Source: Leucoraja erinacea (lineage: Eukaryota). Taken from it: 64,000 nt of DNA. The position numbers and the translations under genes were made by a program. Positions within the stretch are counted from its first letter, which is position 1. Each line of letters begins with the position of its first letter. The notes beneath the pieces were generated by a model, which saw nothing but the letters and a program-made list of their open reading frames with translations, was not told the DNA's origin and made no database searches. Below, piece by piece: positions 1 to 12,319 of this stretch. Location of the stretch: positions 46,004,001-46,068,000 of the forward strand of contig NC_073384.1 of NCBI RefSeq assembly GCF_028641065.1, in the 5' to 3' direction.

Positions 1-355
1 ATTGGCCTGGTAAATGGAAATGCCTTCTTGGTAATGCACCAAGAATGCATCAATCATAAAATTCTGAAAAAAAAGTATTAAATTGCATTGCTGGCGTCCA
101 TTATGCAAAATTTGGCTATTACTGCAGTGCTTTCTGACGCAAGACCACAAGTAATATTACGCATTGGAGCAACTAGGTCTGCGTATTTTCATGTTAAGCT
201 TATGTTTGAACAACATGAGTTGCCATATTATGGGACTTAATTACACTAACACCAATTGAACCCACTACATCTACCTAACGCCGGAGTATTGTGTCACTGG
301 AGAACCTCATATTCCGCTTGGATAGTTTACAACCCTGCGGTATGAAAATTGAACA

Positions 356-883
356 TTGAACATTCTACAGGTGCACGGTAGAGAGCATTCTCAGTGGTTG
401 CATCGTGGCCTGGTTCGGAAACTTGAATGTCCACGAGCAGAAAAGACTGCAAAAAATTGTGACCACTGCCCAGTTCATCGCCGGCTTTGACCTCCCCACC
501 GTCGAAGGGATCTATCGTAGTCGCTGCCTCAAAAAGACAGCCAAAGTCATCAGAGACCCACACCATCCTGGCGACACACGTGTTTCACCATTGCCATCAG
601 GAAGATGGTACAGGAGCCTGAAAACTGTAACATCCAGGTCAGGAACAGCTTTTTCCCTATAGCCATCAGGCTATTAATCACAACAACATATACACTCTGA
701 ACTCTGAACTGCAAAATACTATATTATTATTGCACTATATTTGTTATTTATTGAACTTTTTTTTCTTTTCCGTTATGTACTATGTTTATATATTCACATA
801 TTTTGTTGTGCTGCAGCAAGTAAGAATTTAATTGTCCCATCCAGGACTTATGACAATAAAACACTCTTGATTCTTGACTTGAA
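356..883 (+). mobile_element. 5'-truncated Rex1/Babar-type LINE 3' end
   Basis: ORF 405-662 (AWFGNL..LQKIVTTAQFI..Y..RCLKK..DPHHP..LPSGRWYRSL) is the Rex1-type ORF2 C-terminus. AATAAA is followed by a (CTTGA)n tail. Closely similar to 50270-50867. Confidence 0.85.
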
Positions 884-1355
884 TTCTCCAATTTCAAGTA
901 AGTTCCCTAGCCCCATCCCGCTGTGCAGACATTTCTCCCACCATCTCCAGCCACCAAATACATCCTGCTCCATTCCCCTCTTCAAGTAAGCTCATCTCCC
1001 ATTCCCCAATATCTTATTTCTTATTTATCTCCGATTTTCCCTCTCTCCTGTCCCTTTATACCCACATCACTCCCTCCAGTTTTGCATTTCACCCCGCTTC
1101 TCACCATACATGATACCGTTTTGCCTTCTTTTCACCTCTAGTCTCTGTCATTCACTCCATTATATGGCAATCGCCTCTTTTCCATCTATCTGCCAACCAC
1201 TTTCCAGGCTTTGCCACAACTCCATCTCGGTATTCTTGTGCCCCTTACCCCAAATTGTCTCAAGAAGCATCCCAACTGCCCCCCCCCCCCCCCCCCCCAC
1301 CCCCCACACACGCACACACATACAGACGTGCCTATTGCGCTGAATTCCCCAAGTT

Positions 1356-1750
1356 AAGATCACAAGTAAGGTCATAAGATCATAAGATCATAAGATCATA
1401 AGAGATATGAGTAGAATGAAGTCATTCGGCCCAACAAGTTTACTCCGCCATTCAATCATGGCATATCTCTCCCTCCTAATCCCATTCTCCTGCCTTCACC
1501 CCATAATCTCTGACACCCGTACTAATCAAGAATCTATCTATCTCGGCCTTAAATATATCCACAGACTTTGCCTCCACAGCCTTCTGGCAACTAATTCCAT
1601 AGATTCACCACACTTTGACTAAATAAATTCCTCCTCATCTCCTTCCTAAAAGAACGTCCTTTAATTCTAAGGCTATGGCCTCCAGTCCTAGACTCTCCTA
1701 CTTGTGGAAACATCATCTCCACATCCACTCTATCCAAGCATTTCACTATT
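1356..1750 (-). mobile_element. CR1-type LINE 3' fragment
   Basis: (CATAAGAT)n tail at ~1372-1400 followed by the reverse of the CR1 3'UTR (cattcggccc..ccgccattcaatcatggc) and ORF2 end. Confidence 0.8.
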
Positions 1751-1866
1751 TTCAGCTAAAGATTCCCGCATCTGCAGTTTTCCTTGTCCTGTTGCACCAT
1801 TTGGGCGAAGGAATACTGTGAATATCAAGCAATAAAACATTATAAATCTTAAAGCCTGGGCATATA

Positions 1867-3510
1867 CCGTGCCCTCCATAATGTTTGGGCCAAACACCCA
1901 CCATTTATTTATTTGCCTCTGTACTCCACAATTTGATATTTGTAATAGAAAAAAAAAATCATGTGTGGTTAAAGTGCACATGGTCAGATTTTAATAAAGG
2001 TCATTTTTATACATTTTGGTTTTACCATGTAGAAATTACAACAGTGTTTATAAATAGTCCCCCCATTTCAGGGCACCATAATGTTTGGGATGCAGCAATG
2101 TCATGAAAATGAAAGTAGTCATGTTTAGTTTTTTGTTGCAATGCCTTTGCATGCAATGACAAGTCAAGAGTCAAGAGTGTTTAATCGACATATGTCCCAG
2201 ATAGTATTCTTGCTTGCTGCAGCACAACAGAATACACAACACAACAGACTGCTTGAGTCTGCGATTCATGGACATCACCAGTTGGTGGGTGATTTCTCTG
2301 TTGAGGCCTGTATTTCAGCCATCTTTAGCGTGCTTGTTTTGGGAGCTAGTACCCTTCAGCTTTCTCTTCAGCATATAAAAGGCATGCTCAATTGGGTTCA
2401 GATCGGGTGATTGACTTGGCCACTCAAGAATTTACCATTTTTTTTTAGCTTTGTTGCTTTAGCAGAATGTTTGGGATCATTGTCTTGCTGTAGAATGGAT
2501 CACCGGACAATGAGTTTTGAGGCATTTGTTTGAACTTGAGCAGATATGCTTCAGAAATATCTTCAGAAAGTGCCTATATGCTTCAGAAATAATTATGTTA
2601 CTGCCATCAGCAGTTGTATCATCAATGAAGATAAGTGAGCCAGTACCTTTAGCAGCCATACATGCCCAGGCCATAACACCCCCACCACCATGTTTCACAG
2701 ATGTGGTGGTATGCTTTGGATCTTGGGCAGTTCCTTCTCTCCTCCATACTTTGTCTTGCCATCCTTCTGATATAAGTTAATCTTTGTCTCGTCTGTCCAC
2801 AGGACGTCTTTTCTAGAACTGTGATTGCTCTTTTAAGTACTTCTTGGCAAACTGTAACCTGGCTATTCTATTTTTGTAGCTAACCAATTATCTGCATCTT
2901 GAAGTGTAGCCTCTGTTTTTCTGTGGTAATTGACAAATCCACACCTGACTCCTGAAGAGTGTTTCTGATCTGTCAGATAGGTAGTTGGGGATTTTTCTTT
3001 ATTATAGAGATAATTTTTCTGTCATCAGCTGTGGAGGTCCTCCTTGGCCTGCCAGTCCCTTTGCGATTAGTAAGCTCACTAGTGCTATCTTTCTTCTTAA
3101 TAATGTTCCATACAGTTTATTTTGGTAACCCTAAGATTTGGCTTATGTCTCTAACAGTTTTATTCTTGTTTCTCAGTCTCATAATGGCTTCTTTGACTTT
3201 CATTGGCACAACTTTCGTCCTCCTATTGATAAATGGCAATAAATGTTTCCAAAGGTGATGGATAGACTGGAGGAGAGGCTAGGTGCTCATAGATCTCTTA
3301 TACCTGCATTAAGGAGGTATTTAAACACACCTGAGCAATTACAAACACCTGTGAAGCCATGTGTCCCAAACATTATGGTGCCCCCTGGGGGGGGGGGGGG
3401 GGGGGGGGGGGCTATGTATAAATACAACTGTCATTTCTACATGGTGAAACCAAAATGTATAAAATACCCTTTAATAAAATCTGACAATGTGCACTTTAAC
3501 CACATGTGAT
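1867..3510 (-). mobile_element. Decayed Tc1-like DNA transposon (DD34E) with long IR/DR-type terminal inverted repeats
   Basis: TA at 1865-66, left TIR ~1867-2092 and reverse-complement TIR ~3360-3510. Minus-strand motifs TDETKINL (~2775-2800), [13 protein letters not shown] (ORF 2477-2698), LQQDNDPK (2470-2493) and WPSQSPDLNPIEHA (2382-2422). Frameshifted; a short LINE tail is inserted at ~2160-2245. Confidence 0.9.
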
Positions 3511-3823
3511 GTGGCACCTGTGATAGGTCGCCGAAATTTTCAACATGTTTCAGCAACCAGAAAGACGCTACGACTATTTGGTGACCTCTCATGACCATAG
3601 ACCTCTCACGACCATACGGGCGATTCCTGGTGACATGTCGTGGATGACCTCTCACGACCATAGGAGACCTCCCACGACCATAAGCCTGTATGGTCGTGAG
3701 AGGTCTCTAAAGAGTCGTAGCGTCTTTCTGATCGCCGCTGAATTTTCAACATGTCGAAAATTTCGGCGACCTATCACGGGTGCCGGCAGTCGCCTGTCCA
3801 GGTCGCGTAAGTGGGACAGACCC
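3511..3823. mobile_element. PIF/Harbinger-family MITE (left end missing)
   Basis: Right end AAGTGGGACAGACCC is the reverse of the GGGCCTGTCCCACTT TIR seen at 53608 and 54905. Long internal inverted arms (3513-3580 vs 3708-3784) flank tandem GACCTCTCACGACCATA units. Confidence 0.75.
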
Positions 3824-4562
3824 TTTAGAAACTAAATTGGAAAGAAGATGAAATGAATATCTGTTAAAAAAAAAAAAAAAACATTAGAAACCATTACGCA
3901 GATCGGCAAAGCGATGAAAAATGCAAACAAGCTGCGGAATTTATTTACATCGAAGAGAATACAAAATGATTGAACTTCCGTGCGCAGGAATCTCGCCAGG
4001 TTGCACCAGCATAGGTCCACGTAAAAGAAGGACTTGGACGCATTCGGGAAAAAACACAAAAGAGATTTGTAAGAGATGCATCAAATTAGTGATCATAGTT
4101 TCAGAAAAAAGAGATTTGGAAATGAGCTAATAAAGATCTGTGAATTCTTGTAAGTAAATTTTAAGCGGCGTGGAAGTAGCATTCTCGCAATGGCATGGAA
4201 TCTAAAGCATTGGTCGTTGAAAGGAAACTGTTCCTAACTCATCTTATGCAGAGTGTCAACTTGTTATCGAAGCATTTGGTTAAGATAAACAATTTGCATG
4301 TTTTAAAAGAAAGCCAGTACATGAGAGAAAGTTAGACATTGCCAAGCATTAGATCAAATAGGAGGTCAGATAAAGTCATACAAAAGTAATTACAGCTGCG
4401 GACCGGCTGAGTTACGTTTTCATTTCAGTATTGTATATTGTATGTAAATCTATGAAAGGTGAGATAATAAATGTCGATAATTACTATTAATTAGGATTTT
4501 TATTTGGTTAATAACCAACTTTGGCTTATAGTAGAAAATAACGTAGAATTTAATCAAGAGAA

Positions 4563-4775
4563 ATGTGTAAGAAGGAACTGCAGATGCTGGTTTAAACCGA
4601 AGATAAACACAAAGAGCTGGAGTAACTCAGAGGGAGAGGCAGCATCTCTGGAGAGGAGTGGGTGACGTTTCAGGTCGAGGCCCTTCAAGGGTCTCGACCC
4701 GAAACGTCACGCATTCCTTCTCTCCAGAGATGCTGCCTGTCCCGCTGAGTTACTCCAGCTTTTTGTGCCTATCTT
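4563..4775. mobile_element. Penelope-derived pLTR pair in inverted (hairpin) arrangement
   Basis: 4600-4687 is the approximate reverse complement of 4688-4775. Contains GGGTCTCGACCCGAAACGTC, but the CTGAAGA core is deleted at the junction. Confidence 0.75.
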
Positions 4776-4919
4776 GATCAAGAGAGATACCGAAATGGCA
4801 GAGATGCAAGAAAATAGCCAATAACCGGAAGAATATTGAGTAAATTGTAGGAACAATCCGACCTCGATATGTATGTCCACACGTCCGTAGCAGGTCAAGC
4901 CATTAATGTAGATAAAGGG

Positions 4920-5350
4920 TCATGCGGGATGTTTATTTGTGTCAACCAACCTATATGATACATGCAGGGACGTAATGCTACGGCTATATACAACTGACTA
5001 CATCTGGTGTCCGTATACATTTCTGGTTACCACGCTGCAGGAAGGAAGTGTGGAGAATACATTGAGAGGACTGAAAATATGTAATTATCAGAAAAGCTGG
5101 AATTGGTTGATTTGGAAGTCTGGGGGAAGCTTAAGTGAGATGCAAAAGCTATGAGGGAGCCAGATAAAGTCAATAGGATGGACTTATTTCTGAAGGCAGA
5201 GGCTGGGGCATGGAAAGCCTGGAAAACCCGACGTCGAGGAATTACTACAAGAATTAGCGGAAAGACGAAAACGTTTTTGTACTAAACGGTGGGTTCTGGC
5301 CGGTGGGCAATTGACTGAAATGGGGATAAAATCGAAACACTCATAGCATT
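4920..5350 (+). mobile_element. Highly degenerate CR1 LINE fragment
   Basis: Weak similarity to CR1 ORF2 3' part (cagggacgtaatgctacggctatata.., gatggacttatttc..). Confidence 0.5.
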
Positions 5351-5614
5351 TGAAGAGAACTTGAATAAATATGCACTTGGAACCATGACCCGTAGTACCG
5401 GGGTCTATCACCAGACGTTGCCTTCAGGTTGGGCAGTTCTCGAACTACATGATGGACCAAAATGTACCCCCCCCCCCCCCCCTCTCCCCCAAACCACCAA
5501 CCACCACAACTTTCCGAGTCATGATTTCCGTATGATTCAATTAGTCCATAGCTGGAATAATAGTTGAAAGATAAATGGTTAAAGTAAATAGACGGGTGCA
5601 TAAGTCTCTCGAAG

Positions 5615-6485
5615 CAAAACTGTACCGTCCAAGTTCATGAGCAGCTTCTTCCTTCCAGCCATCAGACTAATAAACAACACACCATTCAAATATGCTCCGA
5701 ACTACATTGACTTCGAGGCATTATCTTTTGTGCCTTTGNNNNNNNNNNNNNNNNNNNNNNNNNNNNNNNNNNNNNNNNNNNNNNNNNNNNNNNNNNNNNN
5801 NNNNNNNNNNNNNNNNNNNNNNNNNNNNNNNNNNNNNNNNNNNNNNNNNNNNNNNNNNNNNNNNNNNNNNNNNNNNNNNNNNNNNNNNNNNNNNNNNNNN
5901 NNNNNNNNNNNNNNNNNNNNNNNNNNNNNNNNNNNNNNNNNNNNNNNNNNNNNNNNNNNNNNNNNNNNNNNNNNNNNNNNNNNNNNNNNNNNNNNNNNNN
6001 NNNNNNNNNNNNNNNNNNNNNNNNNNNNNNNNNNNNNNNNNNNNNNNNNNNNNNNNNNNNNNNNNNNNNNNNNNNNNNNNNNNNNNNNNNNNNNNNNNNN
6101 NNNNNNNNNNNNNNNNNNNNNNNNNNNNNNNNNNNNNNNNNNNNNNNNNNNNNNNNNNNNNNNNNNNNNNNNNNNNNNNNNNNNNNNNNNNNNNNNNNNN
6201 NNTGAACTTTGCTTACAGAGTACTATGTTTACATATCGGTTGTGCTGCTACAGGTAAGAATCGGAAGAGTTGGATTTAGCTCTTAAGCCTGAGGAAATCA
6301 AGGGAAATGGGGGAAAAGCCTGAACGGGGTACAGATTTTGGATGATCAGCCATGATCATATTGAATGGCGGTGCTGGCTCCAGGGGCCGAATGGCCTACC
6401 CCTGCACCTATTTTCTATGTTTCTAATTCCACTGTTCCGTTTCGGGCCAAATGACAGTAAAACACTCTTGACGACTTTTGACTTT
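5615..6485 (+). mobile_element. Rex1/Babar LINE 3' end spanning the gap, interrupted by a CR1 3' tail (~6260-6425)
   Basis: cagcttcttccttccagccatcagact, tgtgctgctacaggtaagaat and aaacactcttga tail. Insert carries gatcagccatgatcatattgaatggcgg..ggccgaatggcctac..ttctatgtttct. Confidence 0.7.
5739..6202. other. Assembly gap (N run)
   Basis: Run of N. Confidence 1.
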
Positions 6486-8094
6486 TTCTAATTGGGGACT
6501 AATTAAAGTGCACAAATTTGTGGACATAAACTTACAACCTTTCAGTAAATCAGTTCATGAGCCTTTTTTTAAATTTGACCGGCTGATAAATATGTAAAAG
6601 CAAGGCGCTTTCAGTGATATTATCACCGTTTATGCATAAACTGGTGTCTTGCAATTTGTAATATACGTCCCAATATGTTCATATAACTCCCGCGAATGCA
6701 TGGGGGAAATGATAGCAATATGAGTTAAGGGACTGTCCATTCACTGTACGGGTCAAATGTTATCTTAAAATAAGTTCAAATATTAAACGGAAAATATTTT
6801 GAGAACATATGCAAAAGGAATTATTGACATTGATACGAGAATAAGTGACGGGGTAAAAACAAATCTGATTATTTCCCTCACTAATTAGAACACGCACATT
6901 TTGTCACTTCATGCAACAGTCTAAAAGTTCAAACCTGTAGCAACTCGCTGTTGTTAATATGCCGGAAAGAAACTCGGCACCGTATAATTAACACGCATCA
7001 TACGTTGTTAGATAATTGAGGCATTTATTTTTTCAATAAAATGTCGGTATAAAGCCAAATATGTACCTTATTTACCATTATTATTTTCAACTACGTCATA
7101 ATATGTTTTATGATGAAAAATTGGAAATGAATGGACTGGAAAATAGGTTTCCAACATTATCATGTCCTTGTGATAATACTGATGAATGCTAAGCATGGCT
7201 TCCCAGCGACCCATTGCTTTGTTCTTCGATATGCTTACAGATCCTGTACAGTGAACTTAAGTAACGCTGAATCTTGGACGAATGATAACTTATACATTAG
7301 GATATACGTTTACATAGTGAAATTGGTCCTATCCCAGTAATTATCCGGTAAAGATAATCTTCCTTTCCCTCTGGAAATCGCTCAGCGTTACTGGGTTTAA
7401 TTAAATGCGTAATCTAACTGCAGTGGAAACAATTAAAAACAACGGCAAATTCAACTGGTATTTAAACTATCGATTATTAAAGTTGATTATTGCAGCAAAC
7501 ACTATATAGCATATATCATATAACTTTGTTACAATATCTGACTATAACGTTCAGTCATATGCGAAGGAAATAATAATCTGTCTCATCGTGTGAATGGTTA
7601 AGTGATACCGAAGACAAATCTATAATTTATTCAAATCTTTTAATATGTCGCTATGTAGAGTAGTAATTTACACAAGAATGCAATGGCAAGCCACAGACAA
7701 TTGTTATCAGGTGTTGTACAAAGTGGAATATAATTAGTTCGATACTTGTCATAATTCGTCATACAAATTCTTGGCAACTATTGTAAACAAAACTCGCAGG
7801 TTCAATGATCCACCGTTTAACTTTAAACCAGTTGATGGAAAACGCAGTGGGAGGGGAAGATACCAATTCTCAATTTCTGTCACTACTGTTTCAGGACGTG
7901 TCTCCTTTTAGATTTCACACAGATATTGTGCACGATGGGTCATGCTGCCGGTGCTGCGGTGATCACTAACCAAGGGGATAGATTCCCCAAACTGACTTAG
8001 TCTCATATATGTTTTATTTTGGGGTTTAAATTAAAGTGGGTATTAATTCCACATGCCTTTTTCTGCTACAAAAATCGTCATCTCTGCCTTTTGA

Positions 8095-8340
8095 ATAAAA
8101 CCCAGCCAATGTATCGGAAAACAAGTTGAAGAGACTGTTGTCACGATTTTAATTGTATACTGTCACGCACAGGCAGTTGGATTCATAAATGACAGATGTA
8201 ACCAAACAATGGTTGTAACTATAACAATAAAGCATTATGCCACCGCTCTACTCACATTCAGATAGTAACTGGTAACCACTTCAGGTTTATTCAGCGGTCG
8301 CTCTTTCCATGGGAGAATTGTGACCTCTGGCGCTGTACAG
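8095..8340. promoter_or_regulatory. Candidate SIX3 upstream conserved non-coding element
   Basis: Unique sequence with clustered TGACAG (Meis/TALE), AACAATG and AACAATA (SOX) motifs in the TE-free block. Inference from motif content and position. Confidence 0.4.
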
Positions 8341-9814
8341 TTCGAAGTTTGCGAAAAACTTTGTCAAAAGGACATGCGATGCATTCATCACAATATTGCT
8401 AAGTACTCTCTTTGCATTATAGTCGGTAACATACAAAATGGGTAATAACTGAAAATTGATAATTAAAGAAAATTATGCCCAGTATGATTAATATCCTTGG
8501 TCGAAAATTGTACCAAGAATGATCGTGTTTCAGTTATACTACAAATGAACATGTTTCAGTTTTATACGGAAAAGCCCAGTAAGGTTATCAGTCTCGGATG
8601 TGGGATGGATATGCCAATTATTGGTTAAATAAAACACATTATGCTTGCCGCAGCGGAAGCATGCGCTGTAACTTTCAACATGTTACTACGTTAGCAAATG
8701 GATCTTTTGGAGAAGAATGTTGTATTGCCAAAGCCTCCTAAAATTGAGATCCTATTTTCTCATTCATTTATTCGTATTAATATTATTATTTAGTGAAGTG
8801 GCACGATAATCCTCTAACATTAAAACCTTGCGCTTGAGTGACTCATCTGTTGAGTGCAATGCAGGCGATGGAAATCAATGTATCTGCTGCAGGCTAGGCT
8901 AATGGATTAGAATTAGTCTATAGTGTAGAGTGTTCGATAGCATGGGGGATGGTGATTCTTGAACCGGGATTGTGCAGCTCCCGTTTATCTATAACAAGAT
9001 GTCCGTAATCCAAATAAAGTAATCATCACCAGCATGAAAAGTTCCGGCAGCATTATGTCCTTACTGTAAGGAGATAGTTCTCACACGCACAAATTGATGA
9101 AGGCGCTCAGCTAGTGAAACGGGAACTGATTTGGCAAATTGTTCTTTCATCATCTGTCAGCGGCTTTTTTTTTGGAATAAAACAACATTAAAAGAAACCT
9201 TTTATCCTCATTTCGCTCTCCCTCGGGGAGCGCTATACATTTGTTTCAAATAATTTACTTTAAGATTTCAAAAGACTAATTGATTTTTAAGTGCTAACTC
9301 AGTGGGGGGAAAAGCACAATGCCATACGCCAAAAGCAAGCAATTGGCAATCGAAAGGTTACCTGAATTTCATGGCAATCGTGGGTTTTTATTCGGGAGAA
9401 CTCAAGATGGGCATCTGCTTAGAGCCGCTCGAGGGACCGATTATGTAGAGGCAGTTAAGTCAACTTTTTTTGACTAAAGCAGATTGAAATGTCAAGCCGA
9501 CTGACCAATGAGCCATGATAGCACCATATGATATTATATTGTGTTGAACTGGATTCAGTGCTTTTATTCATGTAACTAATTCGTTTTGACACATACACAC
9601 ATAACCCGGTAGCAGGAAGCCCGGCGTTCACCCTTCACCCTGTCCTCCTCCCAATAACTTCACCACCACCCCTCTCCCCACCCCCACCACCCATCGCCAC
9701 ACAAAAAAAAACGCTACTAAATTTCTGGGCTCGGACTCACATCTTTGTTCAATTCATTAGAAGTAACGAGTTGACATAAGGTAAATCGGCGGTAAGGCGC
9801 CTTTATTTCTTGTC

Positions 9815-9935
9815 TATAGGGCGACCTCATTAAATATCGCTAACAAGGCGTGCAAATCCCCTGATTGGACAGACGTCGTGTAACGCTCTGCCCCTTGCAG
9901 GATGTACACTTAATGAAGGCAACGGGAACAGTGAC
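9815..9935. promoter_or_regulatory. Candidate SIX3 upstream enhancer
   Basis: CCTCATTAAATATCGCTAACAAG..GTGCAAAT..TGATTGGACAG..TTAATGA: homeodomain, POU-like and Pbx/CCAAT-like motifs. Resembles, from memory and not aligned, a conserved block upstream of fish six3 genes. Confidence 0.45.
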
Positions 9936-12319
9936 GGACAAGAATTTCCAAATGCCCCAACTAAATGAGTGAGAGTTTGCAACCGCATCGTTTGATACCT
10001 GTTTCCATTTTCAACACAAACTGCACATATTTTCCGAGGTTGATAGCAAATACGATTGTAAAAAGCAACGGATCCTTCTAATCTATCAGAATCTTATCGT
10101 CCATATTCTGAAATGATATAAACATATTAAAATCCACAGCGTAAGGGGCTTGGCCATCAATGTTTCATTTTGATAAAAGTTTACAGCGCGCCTTCCCCAG
10201 ACGCTTGATTATTAAGATTGCCCGGTATTTGTTTAAAATATCGCAATTATAAGAACAAACTTTTAAAAGATTGGTGATTTCAGCAGATGCTTCGGACATC
10301 CGCTGCTGCTGATTGCGCTTCAGTTTGTAAAGTCTCATCTTTGTTTTGAAATCTCCTGTGTGAGCTCATCCCTCCCGAGATCTGTCGACTTTTGACTTTG
10401 GGAGTCTCGAAATATCTGCGTCTCTGCATTTCTGACCTTTTGGACATTCCCGCTGCATCACTGGAAGACGCGCCCTTTCCACTTCCAGGACAAACTCCGG
10501 AATCGTCCTGTCTCCCGAAAAACACTTCTTCGTTCCTTTGCTTCCCTGTAGAACTGATTGACCAGGTTTTGCGACATTTCCCCTAATACCCCTCCATGCG
10601 TCTCTTTGGTTATATTGAGTGTGTAGGAAATCGAGTTGCGTTTATGGGGCCGGATAAAAGTAATGTCCGTGTGATGATTGTAGTTGGTGAGGGGGAAAAG
10701 TGGTTAGTCGGCTTTGCAGCGTGCTGTAGCAATAGGGTTAAAACTTAAGCGGTGTCTTTTCAGCCCAGATCTGCGAGCAGGACAAAACATAAAGCGGTTA
10801 ATCGGTGGAATCTTATCGTAATCGCAATGATACCGGCGTATAGTTGGCTGAGAAGGGAGAATGCTCCATATTTCCTAATAAATGGCTGAATTACATTTTT
10901 TTTTAAATGTCCATGAACGACCATGAGTTGCCGTGACCTATTAGTTTTACTTTATAATACTTTCCGCCTCATATTACAAAGACTGGACAAGCAACAATGG
11001 AATATGTTTATTTAGGCGGGTTATGATAAATTAAAACGAAATATTTCAGCTTTAAACATCCAATTAATATAATATTCAATAAATCAATATAACATGCAAT
11101 TGACTTGATTGTGCATTCAAATTAGTCGTATGGTTTTCTATGTGATATGTCAAGTGTACTGGAATTTGATTTTAGGCGGAATTTAAAATTTCCATTTCTA
11201 TGTAGATGTTTTTTCCACCTGGGTGTAATTGTCTATCATTGAGTTGTAACCGCTTGCATTGAAATGATTGAAAGTACAAACGCTACCCTGATTTATCCGT
11301 GATAAAACCAGATGAAAGCCCGACGCTGTAGCTTTACAAGTGCACAGATACCAAAAAATGCTTATTAGTGAAAAGAAGACATACATTTGTTAAATGGTCA
11401 ATCCACGATCCAGTGCGAACATATCAGATACAGTACAATTAATGATGTATGCAAAACTAACGATGAATCATAAAAGTAATATATTTCAGTCCTGAGGATC
11501 AATGGCACACAGTTCAGGCAACAAATGAATCTGAGCTGGCTTGGTATTGAAAATAGCGTTAAGGGATACAGGTCCAGTGAAGCTCACATTGAACCAGCCA
11601 CCTTAAAGATACAAGGTCAATGCAAGAGGAAGGAATGAAGGAAACAGTAGTGGAGGATACAAAACAAATTGAACATTTAACAAGCAACACAAAACAAACA
11701 GAACAAAAGCCAAATTAATGCATCTAATTGTATTTGCGACACCAGGACCGGCAACAGTGGCGTGACCGCACTAAATATATAAAATAATAAATTCGCCAAT
11801 TCCACCCCGTGAAATAGGTAACAAGCCCAAAGTCGACGGTCCCATGTTGGTTTAACAAAAAGAAAACACTATAGAAAGTTATTTTAAAAAAAAATCATTA
11901 TAGCGTAATCATTCTACCCTATGCTAACAGGTTGAACTAATTCTATTCATAACGTTATTAAATACATAATGATTCAACATTATTTTGAAGTACTCATACT
12001 TCCGCTTCCTCACCTCTGTAAACATTACGGGTGATCAAACAGCGCTGGACTTTCCACGTTAAATGATAACCGGGTTTTAATACTTTGGCAATACTGGCTC
12101 TTCAACTTCAGTCATATGCTGTACTGTTTGATGTTATGAAAAGTGCAAACCGACAAGACTCTGTGACGGCTACAAAAACTTAAAATAATTTCAATTAAAT
12201 GGAAACTTACAGGGAATTAATGCAAGGTATCTCCGGGGAGAATCCTGGATGTAGTAATCACCTCTTTCGGATGCCGGTCTATCACTTTGTCTAATTGCAG
12301 AATGTCTTCATATTTGTGA

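Larger units (their letters stand above)
300..1790 (+). mobile_element. Penelope-like element 3' remnant (end of GIY-YIG endonuclease, pyrimidine-rich 3' region, degenerate pLTR), split by two LINE insertions
   Basis: 306-353 reads LIFRLDSLQPCGMKIE and resumes at 884-901 as FSNFK*, resembling the PLE GIY-YIG C-terminus (LIFRLGTLQPxGMNIEFSNF). It is followed by a CT-rich tract and pLTR-like pieces at ~1325-1350 and ~1767-1788. Confidence 0.7.

Noticed and set aside
5637-6279. ~200-aa ORFs spanning the N run (also 45215-45560)
   Set aside because: Artefacts of assembly gaps.
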